This document shows, piece by piece, positions 34,784 to 46,242 of a stretch of 64,000 bases of DNA. Positions within the stretch are counted from its first letter, which is position 1. Each line of letters opens with the position of its first letter. Made by a program: the position numbers and the translations under genes. Under the pieces are notes generated by a model that saw only the letters and a list, made by a program, of their open reading frames with translations, did not search any database and had not been told where the DNA came from. This DNA is from Scenedesmus sp. PABB004 (Eukaryota): assembly GCA_014905635.1 (NCBI GenBank), contig JABVCE010000005.1:1-64000 (forward strand), in the 5' to 3' direction.

Positions 34784-37205
34784 TCACGGCGCCGCGGCCT
34801 TGGCCTTGCTGCGCTCGAGCGCTGGCAGGCCCTTGGCCTGCGGCGGCGCCTGCTGCTGCTTGGCCGGCTCCTGCGGCGCGGGCGCGGGCGGCTCCTCCTC
34901 CTCGTCCCCGAGGTCGAGGTGCTCCGCCTGGCTGTGGTTCTTCAGCGCCGCGCGGATGTCCGCCTGCGCGCAGCCCGCGGCCTTGAAGCAGTCCACCGCC
35001 TGGTCCAGCAGCGCGCGCCACTCCTTGCCCACCGCCGCGAGGACCTGGCTCCACTCGTACAGGCTGTTGCCGTACAGCACCTGCGCGTGGCCCGCGAGGC
35101 TCATGTCGCCGCCCGCGCCGCCGGCGCTCGCCGCCGCGGCGGCGGGCGCCTTGTCGGCGTCGCCGTCGCCCGCCTTGGCCGCGGCCTCGGCCTTGTGCGC
35201 CGACTCGGCCGCGGCCGCCGCCTCGGCCGCCTGCTTGTACCACGTGTGCGCCGCGTCCATGTGCGGGGCCGCAGAGTCGACGTCGGCCGCCTGCGGCGGC
35301 GGCGGCAGCAGCAGGAGCCGGGTGAGCGCGGCCCGCGAGGGGCGGGCGGGTGCTGCCACCGGCCGCCGCCCGCGGGCGCGCCGCCCCGGCGTGGCGCGGG
35401 TGGCACCTTGAGCCGCGCCAGCGCCTCGCGCGTCGCCGCCAGCTGCGCGTCGTTGGCGGCCTTGGCCGCGGCCTCCGCCTCGGGGCTGCCCTCCTCCACG
35501 CCCTCGGGCAGGGAGCTGACGGGCTTGGCCAGCAGCTTGGCCGCCAGCTTGGCGCGGTCAAACTCGAGGCCTGGCGCGCAGGTGCGCGGGCAGGAGGTGA
35601 GCGCGGCGCGGCGCGGCGCGGCTGCGCGGCGACGGCGGCTGCACAGCGCGGCGTGGCGCGGCGGCGGCGGTGGCGCGGCGGGGCTCACTGGCCATCGCCG
35701 CGAGCGACTCGAAGTGGTCGGGCTTGACGCCGAGCGCCTGCTTGAAGAGGGCCTCGGCCTTGTCAAACTCGGCCGCCACGGCGGCCGCGAGGGCGGGCCC
35801 GGGCGCCTCGCCCGCGAGCGCGGCGACGTCCTCGTGCTTGTGGCCCACGCAGACGTGGACGTTGCCCCAGTTGACATACCCGGTCGCGGTGACCTCCTTG
35901 AAGCGCTCCACCGCCTTGGCAAAGAGGGGCACCGCCTCGTCGCTGCGCAGCGTGGCCTCCATCGCGCGCGTGCAGGCGGCCCAGCCCTCATTGTGGAAGT
36001 CAATGTGCCTGGCGGGCGGGCGGGGCGGGGCGGGGGGTGAGGAGGGCGGGGACCGGGCGCGGGCGCGTACAGCGCACGTGCCGCCACTGCGTGCGCGCCG
36101 CCGTGCCGTCCCGCGCGCCCCAGCCCCGCCCCCGCGCGCCTGTCTGCGTCGATGCCGCTCATGTCGCGGAAGAGGTTGGCAAAGTCGACGAGCCAGTCGT
36201 CAACCTCAATCACCTCACCGCTCCCCGTCAGCTGCGCAGTCTGCTTCGCCGGCGGCGACCCCGCCGCGGCCGCCGCAGCCGCCGCCGCCAGCTGCTGCTG
36301 CTGCTGCGCCTGCAGCAGCGCCGCCTCGCGCGCCTCGTCCAGCGGGATGGGCGGCACGTCGCCCTGCGGGCGCGCGGGCGCGGCAGCGGCGGCGTCGGCG
36401 GCAGCGGCGGCGGCGGGGGCGCGCGCGCGGGCGCGCGCGGCGGCGGCAGCGCGGCGTTGGCTGCGCGCCGCGCCTGCGCCGCGGGCGTCGCGGTGACGCG
36501 GATGGGCGGGATGAGGCGCAGCCGCGCGTCGGTGGCCTTGAGCGCCTCGGCCAGCGCGGTCTGCACGTCGCTGCGGCAGGTGATGGTCACCATGTCGCCG
36601 TCGCGGTCCGCATACTTGAGCACCGCGGGGCCTGCGCACCGCGCGGGGCGGTGGGGAGGCGCGCGTGGGCCGCGGTCGCGCCGCGCGCGGCGGTGCAGCG
36701 TCCGCGGCGGCGGCGCTCGCGCTCGTGCGCGCCCGCGCGCACCCGCGCCCGGGAACTTTGCCGCCACGCCGGCCACCAGGTCGGCGTAGCCCGCCGACGC
36801 GGAGAGCTGCACGAGCCGCGTCTCGCCGCCGAGGGTGACCTTGGCGCTGAAGGGCCAGCTCAGCGGGCTGCGGTTGCCGCGCATGCCGCCCGCGCCGCTC
36901 GGGCCCGCCGCGCGCGCGCCGCCGTTGGCCAGCGACGGGCGGCGCCCCGCGACCAGGTCGCGCAGGCGGCGCTCCGCCTCGCGCGTGTCGTCGCTGGCGG
37001 AGTCGCCCTTGTTGATGGCCTGGATGTCTGTGAGCGCCTGCTTGAAGAGGCCCTGCCTCTCCAGCGCCTTGGCGCGGTGCCGCAGCGCCTTGATCGACCC
37101 CGGCGACACCTCCAGCGCGCTGCCGCACTCCTTGACCGCGTCTTTCAGCCTGGGCGCGCGCGCCACGCGACCGCGGCGGCGGCCGGCCGCGTGTGAGCGC
37201 CGCCA

Positions 37206-37239
<34 letters not shown>

Positions 37240-37700
37240 GCGAGCCAGGGCCGGCGGCGGCGGCGCGCGCGGCGGCAGCAGCGGCGGCAGCGGCGCGCAC
37301 TTTCCGAGGCCGTAGAGCGCCGCCGCCTTGTTGCAGAGCAGGTCGGCGCGCTCCGGGGCGCCGCCGGGGAGCTCCTTGAGCGCCGTGTCGTACTGCTCGA
37401 TCGCCTTGGCGTACTCGCGCTGCGCGAAGAGCTTGTTGCCGCCGTTCTTGAGGTCCGCCACCTTTTGCGCCACCTGCGCGCGCCGCGAGCCCGGGCGTCG
37501 CCCGCGCGGCGCGTGAGGCTGGCGGAACACGGGCGCCAGGGAACGCGCCATTGCGCGCGCCCAATGGGGGCGCACGCGCGGCGCGGGCGCCAGCAGCACT
37601 GCGCATGCAGGCGGCGCCCCCCGCCGCCAGCGCGCACCTCGGGCGCCACGGCGGGCACCAGGCCCTTGGGCGTGGCCTTGGGGCTCTTGCCCTTCGCCAT
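34784..37700 (-). CDS. TPR + PB1 domain protein (PHOX/CLMP1-like), 8 exons
   Basis: LKNGGNKLFAQREY (TPR), KALRHRAKALE, PB1 LKYADRDGDMVTIT, EVDDWLVDFANLFR, VNWGNVHVC; two GC-AG introns. Confidence 0.93.
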
Positions 37701-38146
37701 GGCGGCTCGATCGACCGCAGCGGCGCGGCCACGCGGCAGCAGCACCAGCACGCGAGGCGGCAGGCGGGCGCTGGGAGGTCGGGCCAGGCACGGCGCGAGC
37801 GGAAACGTGCGGGCGTCGGGGCGCGGCGAGGCCGCGCGTCGGCCGCGCGCCGCGCGGCGCGCAAAGCCGCCGCCGCTGCTCCGCCGCGCGACGGAGGGCG
37901 CCGCCGCGAGCTGGTGCGCGCCCGGCGCGCGCCCACACTCTGCCCACTCTCCGATCGGCCTGGGCGTTCCCCGGGCGTGGAGCCGCGCACACCGGCGCCC
38001 GCCACCTGCTGCTGCAGGTGCCCGAGCAGCCCCGGGCTTGGCACGCGGCAATTGTCCGCCTCTCGGGGATCTCCCACTCGCCCAGCGCGCCTGCGTGACC
38101 GCGCGTCGGCGTCGCGGCCCGGGCCGGCCCCATCTCGCGAGCAGCG

Positions 38147-39361
38147 ATGCTCGCCCCGCGCCTCCGCGCCCGCCCCGGCGCGGCGCGGTCGCCCGTCGGC
38201 GCCTGCGGCCCGCGCCAGCGGCCCTGCGCGCCCGGCAGCGCCCGGCGGCGGCGCGGCGGCGCGCCGGCGGCGGCGGGCGGCAACGGCGGCGAGCGCGCGC
38301 CGATGAAGGCCGTGCTGGAGCTGCTCTGCGACCGCCAGGACCTCACCGAGACGCAGGCGGAGGACGCGATGGTGTCGATCATGACCGCGGAGCCGTTCAG
38401 CCCCGAGCAGGCGGCCGCGTTCCTCGTGCTGCTGCGCGCCAAGGGCGAGACGCCGGCCGAGGTCGCGGGGCTTGCGCGCGCGATGATGGCCGAGGTGCTG
38501 CCCGTGAGCATCTCGGGCGACGTCGTGGACATCGTGGGCACCGGCGGCGACGGCATCGGCAGCGTCAACATCAGCACCGGCGCGTGCGTCGTCGCGGCGG
38601 CCGCGGGAGCGCGCGTCGCGAAGCATGGCGGGCGCAGCGTGTCGAGCCTGTGCGGCAGCGCCGACGTCGTGGAGGCGCTTGGCGTCGCGCTCGACCTGGG
38701 CCCCGCGGGCGTGGCGCGGTGCGTGGAGGAGGCGGGCCTGGGGTTCATGCTCGCGCCCCGCTACCACCCGGGCATGGCGCGCCTGCGCCCCGTGCGCGGC
38801 GCGCTCAAGGTGCGCACCGTGGCCAACATGCTCGGCCCGCTGCTCAACCCCGCGCGCGCGGGCTGCGCGCTCGTGGGCGTGTTCAGCCCCGACGTGTCGG
38901 AGCTCATGGCCGACAGCCTGCTGCGCCTCGGCGTGACCAAGGCGCTCGTGGTGCACAGCTGCGGGCTCGACGAGCTCACGCCCATGGGCCCCGCCGACGT
39001 CGTCGAGGCGACCGCGGGGCACCCGCTGAAGCGATACAGCCTCGACCCGCGCGACGTCGGCATCCCGCGCTGCGACGTCGCCGACCTCGCCGGCGGCGAC
39101 GCGCCGCTCAACGCGCGCATCCTGAGCGACGTGTTTGGCGGCGCCCGCGGCGCGGTCGCCGACGCGCTCAACCTCAACGCCGGCTACGCCCTCGCGGCGG
39201 CGGGGCTCGCGGCAAGCCCGGTCGAGGGCGTCGCGATGGCGCAGGAGGCGCAGCGCGCCGGCCGCGCGGGCGACGTGCTGCGCAACTGGGTCCGCGTCAG
39301 CAACGAGGCCGCCGCGCAGGAGGCCGCCGCGGCGGCGCCCGCCACCACCGCGGCCGCCTGA
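38147..39361 (+). CDS. trpD: Anthranilate phosphoribosyltransferase, intronless, with transit peptide
   Basis: AFLVLLRAKGET, DIVGTGGDG, NISTGA, KHGGRSVSSLCGSADV, APRYHPGM, LGPLLNP, GLDE; TGTAA at 39477-39481. Confidence 0.96.
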   Translation: MLAPRLRARPGAARSPVGACGPRQRPCAPGSARRRRGGAPAAAGGNGGERAPMKAVLELLCDRQDLTETQAEDAMVSIMTAEPFSPEQAAAFLVLLRAKGETPAEVAGLARAMMAEVLPVSISGDVVDIVGTGGDGIGSVNISTGACVVAAAAGARVAKHGGRSVSSLCGSADVVEALGVALDLGPAGVARCVEEAGLGFMLAPRYHPGMARLRPVRGALKVRTVANMLGPLLNPARAGCALVGVFSPDVSELMADSLLRLGVTKALVVHSCGLDELTPMGPADVVEATAGHPLKRYSLDPRDVGIPRCDVADLAGGDAPLNARILSDVFGGARGAVADALNLNAGYALAAAGLAASPVEGVAMAQEAQRAGRAGDVLRNWVRVSNEAAAQEAAAAAPATTAAA

Positions 39362-39814
39362 GCGGCCTGGGCGGTCTGGGCGGCGCGCGGGGCTGCCTGG
39401 TGCTGCTCAGCGCCGCTGCGACTGCAGCGGCTGTGTGGCGGCGCGAGGCGTGCTGCGCTGCAGCGGTTTGCGCGGATGTAAGAGAAGAGAAGGCCTTACC
39501 GCCGGTCACCGGTCGCAGCCTCGCACGCGCCACAGCAGCCCAGCCGCGCGCGGCAGCGCGCGCCAACTCAACAGCTGAGGCTCGCGCAAAGCTCACGCGC
39601 GGGCAGACCCGCAGCCGCCGCCGGCGGGGCCGGTTTGCGCACGCGCACGCGCACGCGCGCGCAGGCAGGCGCGGACAGAGAGAGGAGCGCTCTCGCTCGC
39701 TCGCAAGCCCCCACGCCTCGACGGCGGCACACAAAACAGGGGATTGGGTTTGACGCGCGCGCATGTGCAGCTGCCGCCGCGCGGGGCGCGGGCGGCTCAA
39801 ACCCCGCGGGGAGG

Positions 39815-41154
39815 TCACAGCATGTCGTAGCCGTCTGTGCCCGACCGCCCCTCGAGGGCCGCGCCCGGGTCGTCGGCGCGGCGCTTGCGCAGGCGGTATG
39901 CCTCCATCTCCTCCGCGCTCAGCGCCTCGTTGCCGCCGGAGCCGTCGGCGCCGAGGCTGTTGAACTTGCGCTTGCGCTCGTCGCCGCCCGCGGCCGCGGC
40001 CTCCGCCTCCTCGCGCTCCAGCTTCTTCAGCGCCTCCTTGACCTTGCCCGCGTCCAGCTCCGCGTCGTCCGCCGGCGCGTCGTCGCCCCACGTGCCGGGG
40101 CCCTTCTCGAGGTGCGCGTTGTTCAGCGTCGACGCCGCGCGCCGCGCCGCCTCCTCCTCGGCGCGCGCCGCCTTGGCCGCGAGGTTGGCCGCCATCGCCG
40201 CCGCGCTCTCCGCCGCCGCGCGCTCGCCGGCCTTGCCCGTGCAGTAGCTGTTCTTGGTCGTCGCGTGGCAGCAGGCGTAGCCCCACGTCCCGTCGGCCCA
40301 CCAGGAGCCCCACACGGCGGTGTGGTTGTTGAGCAGCACATCCTCCTCGTACCGGCTGCGCTTCACGACCTCGCCGCCCTTCACCACGCGCCCCGAGCGG
40401 TCGTACTCCACGTACGCTTCGCTCTGCCCCAGCAGCAGCGCGTCCGCGGGCGCCGGCGTGGCTGACGCGTGGTGCGCGGCGCGGCGCGGCGAGGACGCGG
40501 GCGTCAGCGGCACGGCGGCGACGGCGGCGGCGGCAGAGCGCGCGCGCGCGGCGCGCAGCCAGGCGGGCGCGCGGGCGCTTGCGCGCGCGGGCGCGTGCGC
40601 GCGCCTCACCGAGGTTGCCGTACGTCTGCAGCACCTCGCCCTTGGACTTGGTCGACAGCGTGTCCTTCTTGGCCTTGAACTGCTGGTACATGACCTCCGC
40701 GAGGCTGGGCAGCGCCTGCACGTGCACCTCGGTGCCCTTGTCAAACGCCTGCATGCTGTGCAGGTTGAGCGCCTGCCACGCCTGGTACTCGCCGCTCGTG
40801 CGCACAAAGTTGTCGCCGAAGAACGTCTTCTCGCTCGCCGGCTGCGCGCGCGGGCGGGGCGGGCACAGGCAGGCGCGCGGGCGGGCAGGGCGCGCGTGGG
40901 CGGCTGCCGCAGGCCGCGGCGGTGGCGGCGCGGGCGCGGCGCGGCGGCGCGTGCGCAGCGGCGGTGACGCGCACCCTGTTTGGGTTGGGGTCCTCGCGCA
41001 TGGAGCGCGACTTGGGGTCGTAGTGCGCGCTGTTGGTGTCGAGGTTGAGCAGGTACTTGGCCGTGTCCTCGCGGATGCGCAGGTTGCGCACGCTGCCAGA
41101 CGACCCGCCGCCCGCCGTGCGCACGCGCTTCTTGAGCTCCGCAAACGCTGCGCA

Positions 41155-41185
<31 letters not shown>

Positions 41186-42112
41186 GGGCGGGGGCGGGCG
41201 GGGTTGGGGCGGGCACGCCCCCCGGGCGCCGCGGCCGCCGGCGAGCGCTGCCGCTGCCCAGCGCTGCCGCCGCCGCCGCTGCCGCTGGCGGCGCCGCCGC
41301 GCCTGCACCCGCCCGCGGCGCGCACCCGCGTTGGCGTCGTCGGCGACCTTGTCGTCGTCGCCGCCGCCCTCGCCGCCCTCGCCGGGCTCGCTGACGTCGC
41401 CCGCGGCGGGCGGCGCGCCGGCGTAGAGCGCGGCGACCTGCTCCTTGGCCTTGAGCTCCTGGCGCAGCGCCTCGACGGTCTCAAACTTTTCAACCACGCG
41501 CGCGTACTGCGCCGTGTCGTAGCCGTTGTAGCGGTCGCGCTTGCTGTCGTAGCCCACGAGCGTGATCTCCTGCACCTTGTCGTCCGCGGCGATGGCCTTG
41601 CCCGTCCAGCGCGCGCCCTTGGCGCGCGGGCGCTCGAGGCAGTCCGCGACCTTGTGCGACATGCTGCCGCAGCTGCGGACAGCGGGCGGGCGCGCGCGCG
41701 CGGGCGGGGCGGTGAGCAGGCGGGAGGCAGGCCCCCGCCGCCCGCGCGGCGCAGCCGCCGCCGGGCGCCGCCGCCCGGCGCGTGTCGCGCTGCGCCGCGG
41801 CCGGCGGCGCGCGCCGCACGCTCACTTCTCGCACGCGCCCTTGCGGTACTTGGTCGCCTGGAAGACCTTGGCGCCGCGGTCGTACCACTGCCGGCTGTCC
41901 TCGAGCTGCTGCTTCCAGTTGCGCTGATGCTTGAGCGTCGGCTGGTCGTTGTTGAGGTACCACGGCGCCGTGGTCATGTACTGGGGGATGTGGGGGTTGA
42001 TCTCCTTGCCCTCCTCGTCCAGCGCCGCCGGGACGAGACCCGCCTTGCGGGCCTCGTCCAGCTCTTTGGCGCGGCGCATCTCATCGCTGCTCTTGAACTG
42101 AGCGGCGCTCAT
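39815..42112 (-). CDS. SLU7: Pre-mRNA splicing factor SLU7, 5 exons
   Basis: [75 protein letters not shown]. Confidence 0.98.
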
Positions 42113-42673
42113 GGCTGCTGCTGCCGCCGCTGCGGCGGCGCGCACCCGGCGCCGCCGGCTGCTGCTGCTGCGCCGCCGCGCGCCCGGCGCCGCCGGGCCG
42201 CCGCCGCGGGAGGGCCGCGCCGCGGCGAGCCGCTCCCGGTCCCCTGGCGCCGGGGCGGGCCGGGCCGGCCCGGGCGGGGCGCGGCCGCGTCTGGAGAGAG
42301 GGGGCCCGACTGCCGACGCGGGGGCGAGCGCTGCTGGCGCGCTTGCGGGCGGGTCGGTGCGGGCACGGCTGCGGGGGCCTGGACTGGTGCGGAGGGATCG
42401 TGGGCGGTCCCATGCCAGTGCTGTTACATGGTGCAAGGCCCCACCGCCCTGCCCGCGCGCCTGCCGCGCCTGGCGAGCCCCGTGCGCGCGCGCCTGGCCG
42501 CGCCCCCGCCACACCCCGTGCAGCCAGGCCGTCCCGGCGCCCCTGCGCGCCGCTGCTGCCCGCACCTCTGGGGGCCATCCCTCTGCTGTTGGGGAGCGTG
42601 CCTCCCGCGGCCTGCCGGCCGCGCCGGCCGCGCACGGCGCGGCCCCGTCGCCGGCAGCCCCTGCCGCACCGCG

Positions 42674-45154
42674 ATGGGGCTGTTTGACAAGCTCAAGAAG
42701 AAGCGCCGCGACAAGGCGGCCGCGGCAGCGGCAGCGGCGTCGGGCGGCGCGCCGCGCGGCGCCGCGCCGCCGCCGAGCGAAGACGGCTCCGGCAGCGAGT
42801 ACAGCGACGACGACGAGCGCGTGCACAGCTTCGAGATTGGTCAGGAGGACTACCTGGTCCAGGTCGCGCTCGCGACGAGCGCGCAGGACTACCAGGCCGC
42901 GGCGTCGGGCGGCGGCCCCGCGACCGCCGCGCCCGGCGCGGCGGAGCTGTCCTGGAAGTACTGGCGCGACGAGCGGTGCGGCGCCGGGCCGCGGCCGGCG
43001 GGGGCGGTCGGGCGGTTGGGCACACGCGCGCGCGGCGGCGGCGGGCGCGGCGCGGCACGCGCCCGGCCGCTGCTGGCCCGGGCCAGCACCGCCGCTGCCG
43101 GCCGACCGCGCCCGCCGCGGCGGCGGCGCAGGCTGGACTACGCTGACCTCATCCCCGACGGCTTCTACGAGCCCCTTGGCGACTTCCCCGAGATTGTGGA
43201 GAAGGGCGACTTCCCGACGCTGGGGCAGCTGCGGCACGTGCAGTCGTTCGAGCACGACCCGCGCGAGGTGGGCGGGCGGCCGCCGCAGGGCTGCCGGCGC
43301 GGCGCGGCGCGGGGCGCCGGCGGCGGCGGCGCCGCCCGGGCGCGCGCGCGCGCGGGCGTGATGCCCGCCCTGCCCGGCCTGCCGCGGCGTGGCGGCGTGG
43401 TGCAGGTGATCGTGGTCAACCGCATCACCGACGGCGCGCTGCAGCAGCTGGAGGCCGAGGCGGTCGCCGCGGTCGCGGGCGCGCCGGGCGGCGGCGAGGC
43501 GGCGCGCTTCCAGGCGCTCGCGCAGTTTGTGGCGGCGCGCCTCGGCGGCCCCTGCGCCGACGAGGCCGCGCTGGCGGCGCGCTACGCCGCGGCCACGGCG
43601 CGGCTCAAGGAGGCGGCGCGCGGCGTGGTGCTCGACGTCGGCCGCCTCTCCCTCGGCACGAGCCGGCACCGCGGGCTGCTGTTCAAGGCCCTCGGCGACG
43701 CCATGGGCCTGCCCAGCGCGCTGGCCAAGGGCCTCGCGCACGCGGGCGAGGAGGGCGCGGGCGTGGTGTGCGTGGCGCTCGGGGGCGTGCCGTACCACCT
43801 CGACCTGCTCGGCGTGCCCGGCGCGCTCACGCCGCTGCGCCCCGGCCTGCCGGCGCTGGCGCCGCCGCCGATGCCCGCGTACGGCGCCGGCAGCAGCGCC
43901 GCCGCGGCGGCGGCGGGGCAGCACGCGCGCGCGCCCGGCGCCGGCAGCAGCGCCGCGGCGGCGGCGGTGCAGGTCGCGGCGGCGCAGGCGGCGGCGCGCG
44001 GCGGCGGCCGCGGCGGCCGCGCTGCCGGCGGCGGCGGCGGCGGCGCCGACCTGATCAGCTTCCCCGAGGAGGGCGAGTACAGCGCGGGCGCGGGCAGCAG
44101 CGTGCTGAGCCAGGCGAGCGGGCTGAGCGCGGTGTCGCACCTCACCGACGACGACGCGATCGCCACGCCCACCGCGCCGGGCGCGACGCCCGGCGGGCGG
44201 CACGCGGCGCAGGCGGCGCAGCGCGCGGCGGCGGCGGCGGCGGCGCAGCAGCAGCAGCGGCGCGGCACGCTGCCCGACGTGTTTAGCTCGCTCGCGGTCG
44301 CCGACGGCGGCGGGCTGCAGCCGGCGCCGGGGGCGCACTGGCAGCAGCAGCTGTCGTCGCAGCAGCAGTCGCAGTCGCAGTCGCAGCAGTCGCAGCAGCA
44401 GCGCGGCGCGCCGCCCGAGCCGCAGCGGCGGCGCGCCGCGCCGCACCCCGCGATGAGCCTCGTCGCGGCGCACGCGGCGTGGGAGATTGACCCCAGCGAG
44501 ATCACGCTCGGGCAGCGCATCGGCATCGGGAGCTACGGCGAGGTCTACAAGGGCCTCTGGCGGGGCACCGAGGTCGCGGTCAAGCGCTTCCTGGAGCAAA
44601 ACCTCAGCCCGCAGCTCGTGCAGGTGGGCGCGGCGCGCCCGCGCGGCCGGGCCGCCGCGGGTGGCCCGGCGGGTGGCCCGGCGGGTCGCCGGTGCCCGCC
44701 GGCGTCGCCCGCCGCCGCCGCCGCCGCGCGCGCCGGCGGCTGACTGCCCCCCCCCCCCCCACACCACACCCACACCACACACGCCCGCCCGCCCGCCCGC
44801 CGGTGCTGTGCGGCGCTCAGGAGTTCAAGGCCGAGGTCGACATCATGGCGCGGCTGCGCCACCCCAACGTCGTGCTCTTCATGGGCGCGGTCATGCAGGC
44901 GCACCAGCTGGCCATCGTGAGCCAGTTCATCCCGCGTGGCAGCCTCTTCCGCCTGCTGCACCGCTCCAAGGCAGACCTCGACCCGCGGCGCCGCCTGCAG
45001 ATGGCGCTCGACGTCGCGCGCGGTGCGCGTGCGCGCGCGCGTGCTTGTGTGTGTGTGTTGGGGGGGGGGGCACTCCGGTGGCGACGCCGGCCGCGGGCGT
45101 GGGCACGCCCCCACCGCGTGCCCCGCGCGCCGCGCTGAGCCGCGCCCCGCGCCC

Positions 45155-45192
<38 letters not shown>

Positions 45193-45884
45193 CCGCACCG
45201 CCGGCAGGCATGAACTACCTGCACTCCAGCAGCCCCGCGATCGTGCACCGCGACCTCAAGTCGCCCAACCTGCTCGTCGACCGCGACTGGACGGTCAAGG
45301 TGTGCGACTTTGGGCTGTCGCGCGTCAAGGTCGCGACTTTCCTCACCAGCAAGAGCCACGGCGGCACGCCCGAGTGGATGGCGCCCGAGATCCTGCGTAA
45401 CGAGCCGAGCGACGAGAAGGCCGACGTGTACAGCTACGGCGTGGTGCTCTACGAGCTCGTCACCGGCGCGGAGCCCTGGACGGGGCTCAACCCGATGCAG
45501 GTCGTCGGCGCGGTCGGCTTCGCGGGGCAGCGCCTCGCGCTGCCGCCCGGGCTCGACCCCGGCGTCGCGGGCCTCATCTCCGCGTGCTGGGCGTCCGCGC
45601 CGGCGGAGCGGCCGAGCTTTGCGCAGGTGCTCGAGGTGCTGCGCGGCTTCAAGGAGCTCCCAGCAGTCAGCGCGCCGCCGCAGGCCGCCGCCGGCGGCAG
45701 CGGCGGCGGCGCGGCCAGCCCGCCGCCGGCAGCGGGCGGGAGCGCGGGAGCAGCAGCAGCAGACGGCGGCGCCGGCGCCGGCGGCGGCCTCAGCACGCAG
45801 GCCAGCGCCGCGTCGGCGGCGTCCGGCAGCGGCGCGGGCCCGCTGGAGCAGCAGCAGCAGCAGCAGCCGCTCATCATCCTGTGA
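42674..45884 (+). CDS. Raf-like MAPKKK of EDR1/CTR1 type, 5 exons
   Basis: N-terminal EDR1 domain ([16 protein letters not shown]); kinase [42 protein letters not shown]. Confidence 0.95.
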
Positions 45885-46242
45885 AGAATGCCCCTGGGCG
45901 CCTGGGCGGGCGGGCGCGTGCCGGCATGTCTGTGCGGGCCCCGGGCCGGCCAGCCGACGGGCTGGGTGCTTAGCTGTCTGAGCGGTTGGCCCGAGGCCGG
46001 CCGCGGCGCACCGCGCCTGCGAGTGCGGCCGCGCGAGCTGAGCTGGTGGCGGGGCGCACGCGCGCGAGCCTCGGCCGAGCAGCGCTGTCTGGGCTGGCGT
46101 GCGAGCTGCTGAGCGCCGGCGGTAAGAACGTCCGGCGCGGCTGAATTCACTTTGAAGCGATCGACCCGTGCCGCGCCACCGCCAGCGCTGCCGCCAGCGC
46201 TCAGCAGCCTGGCCCTGCATCGCTCGACCGCCTGGGGTTGCC

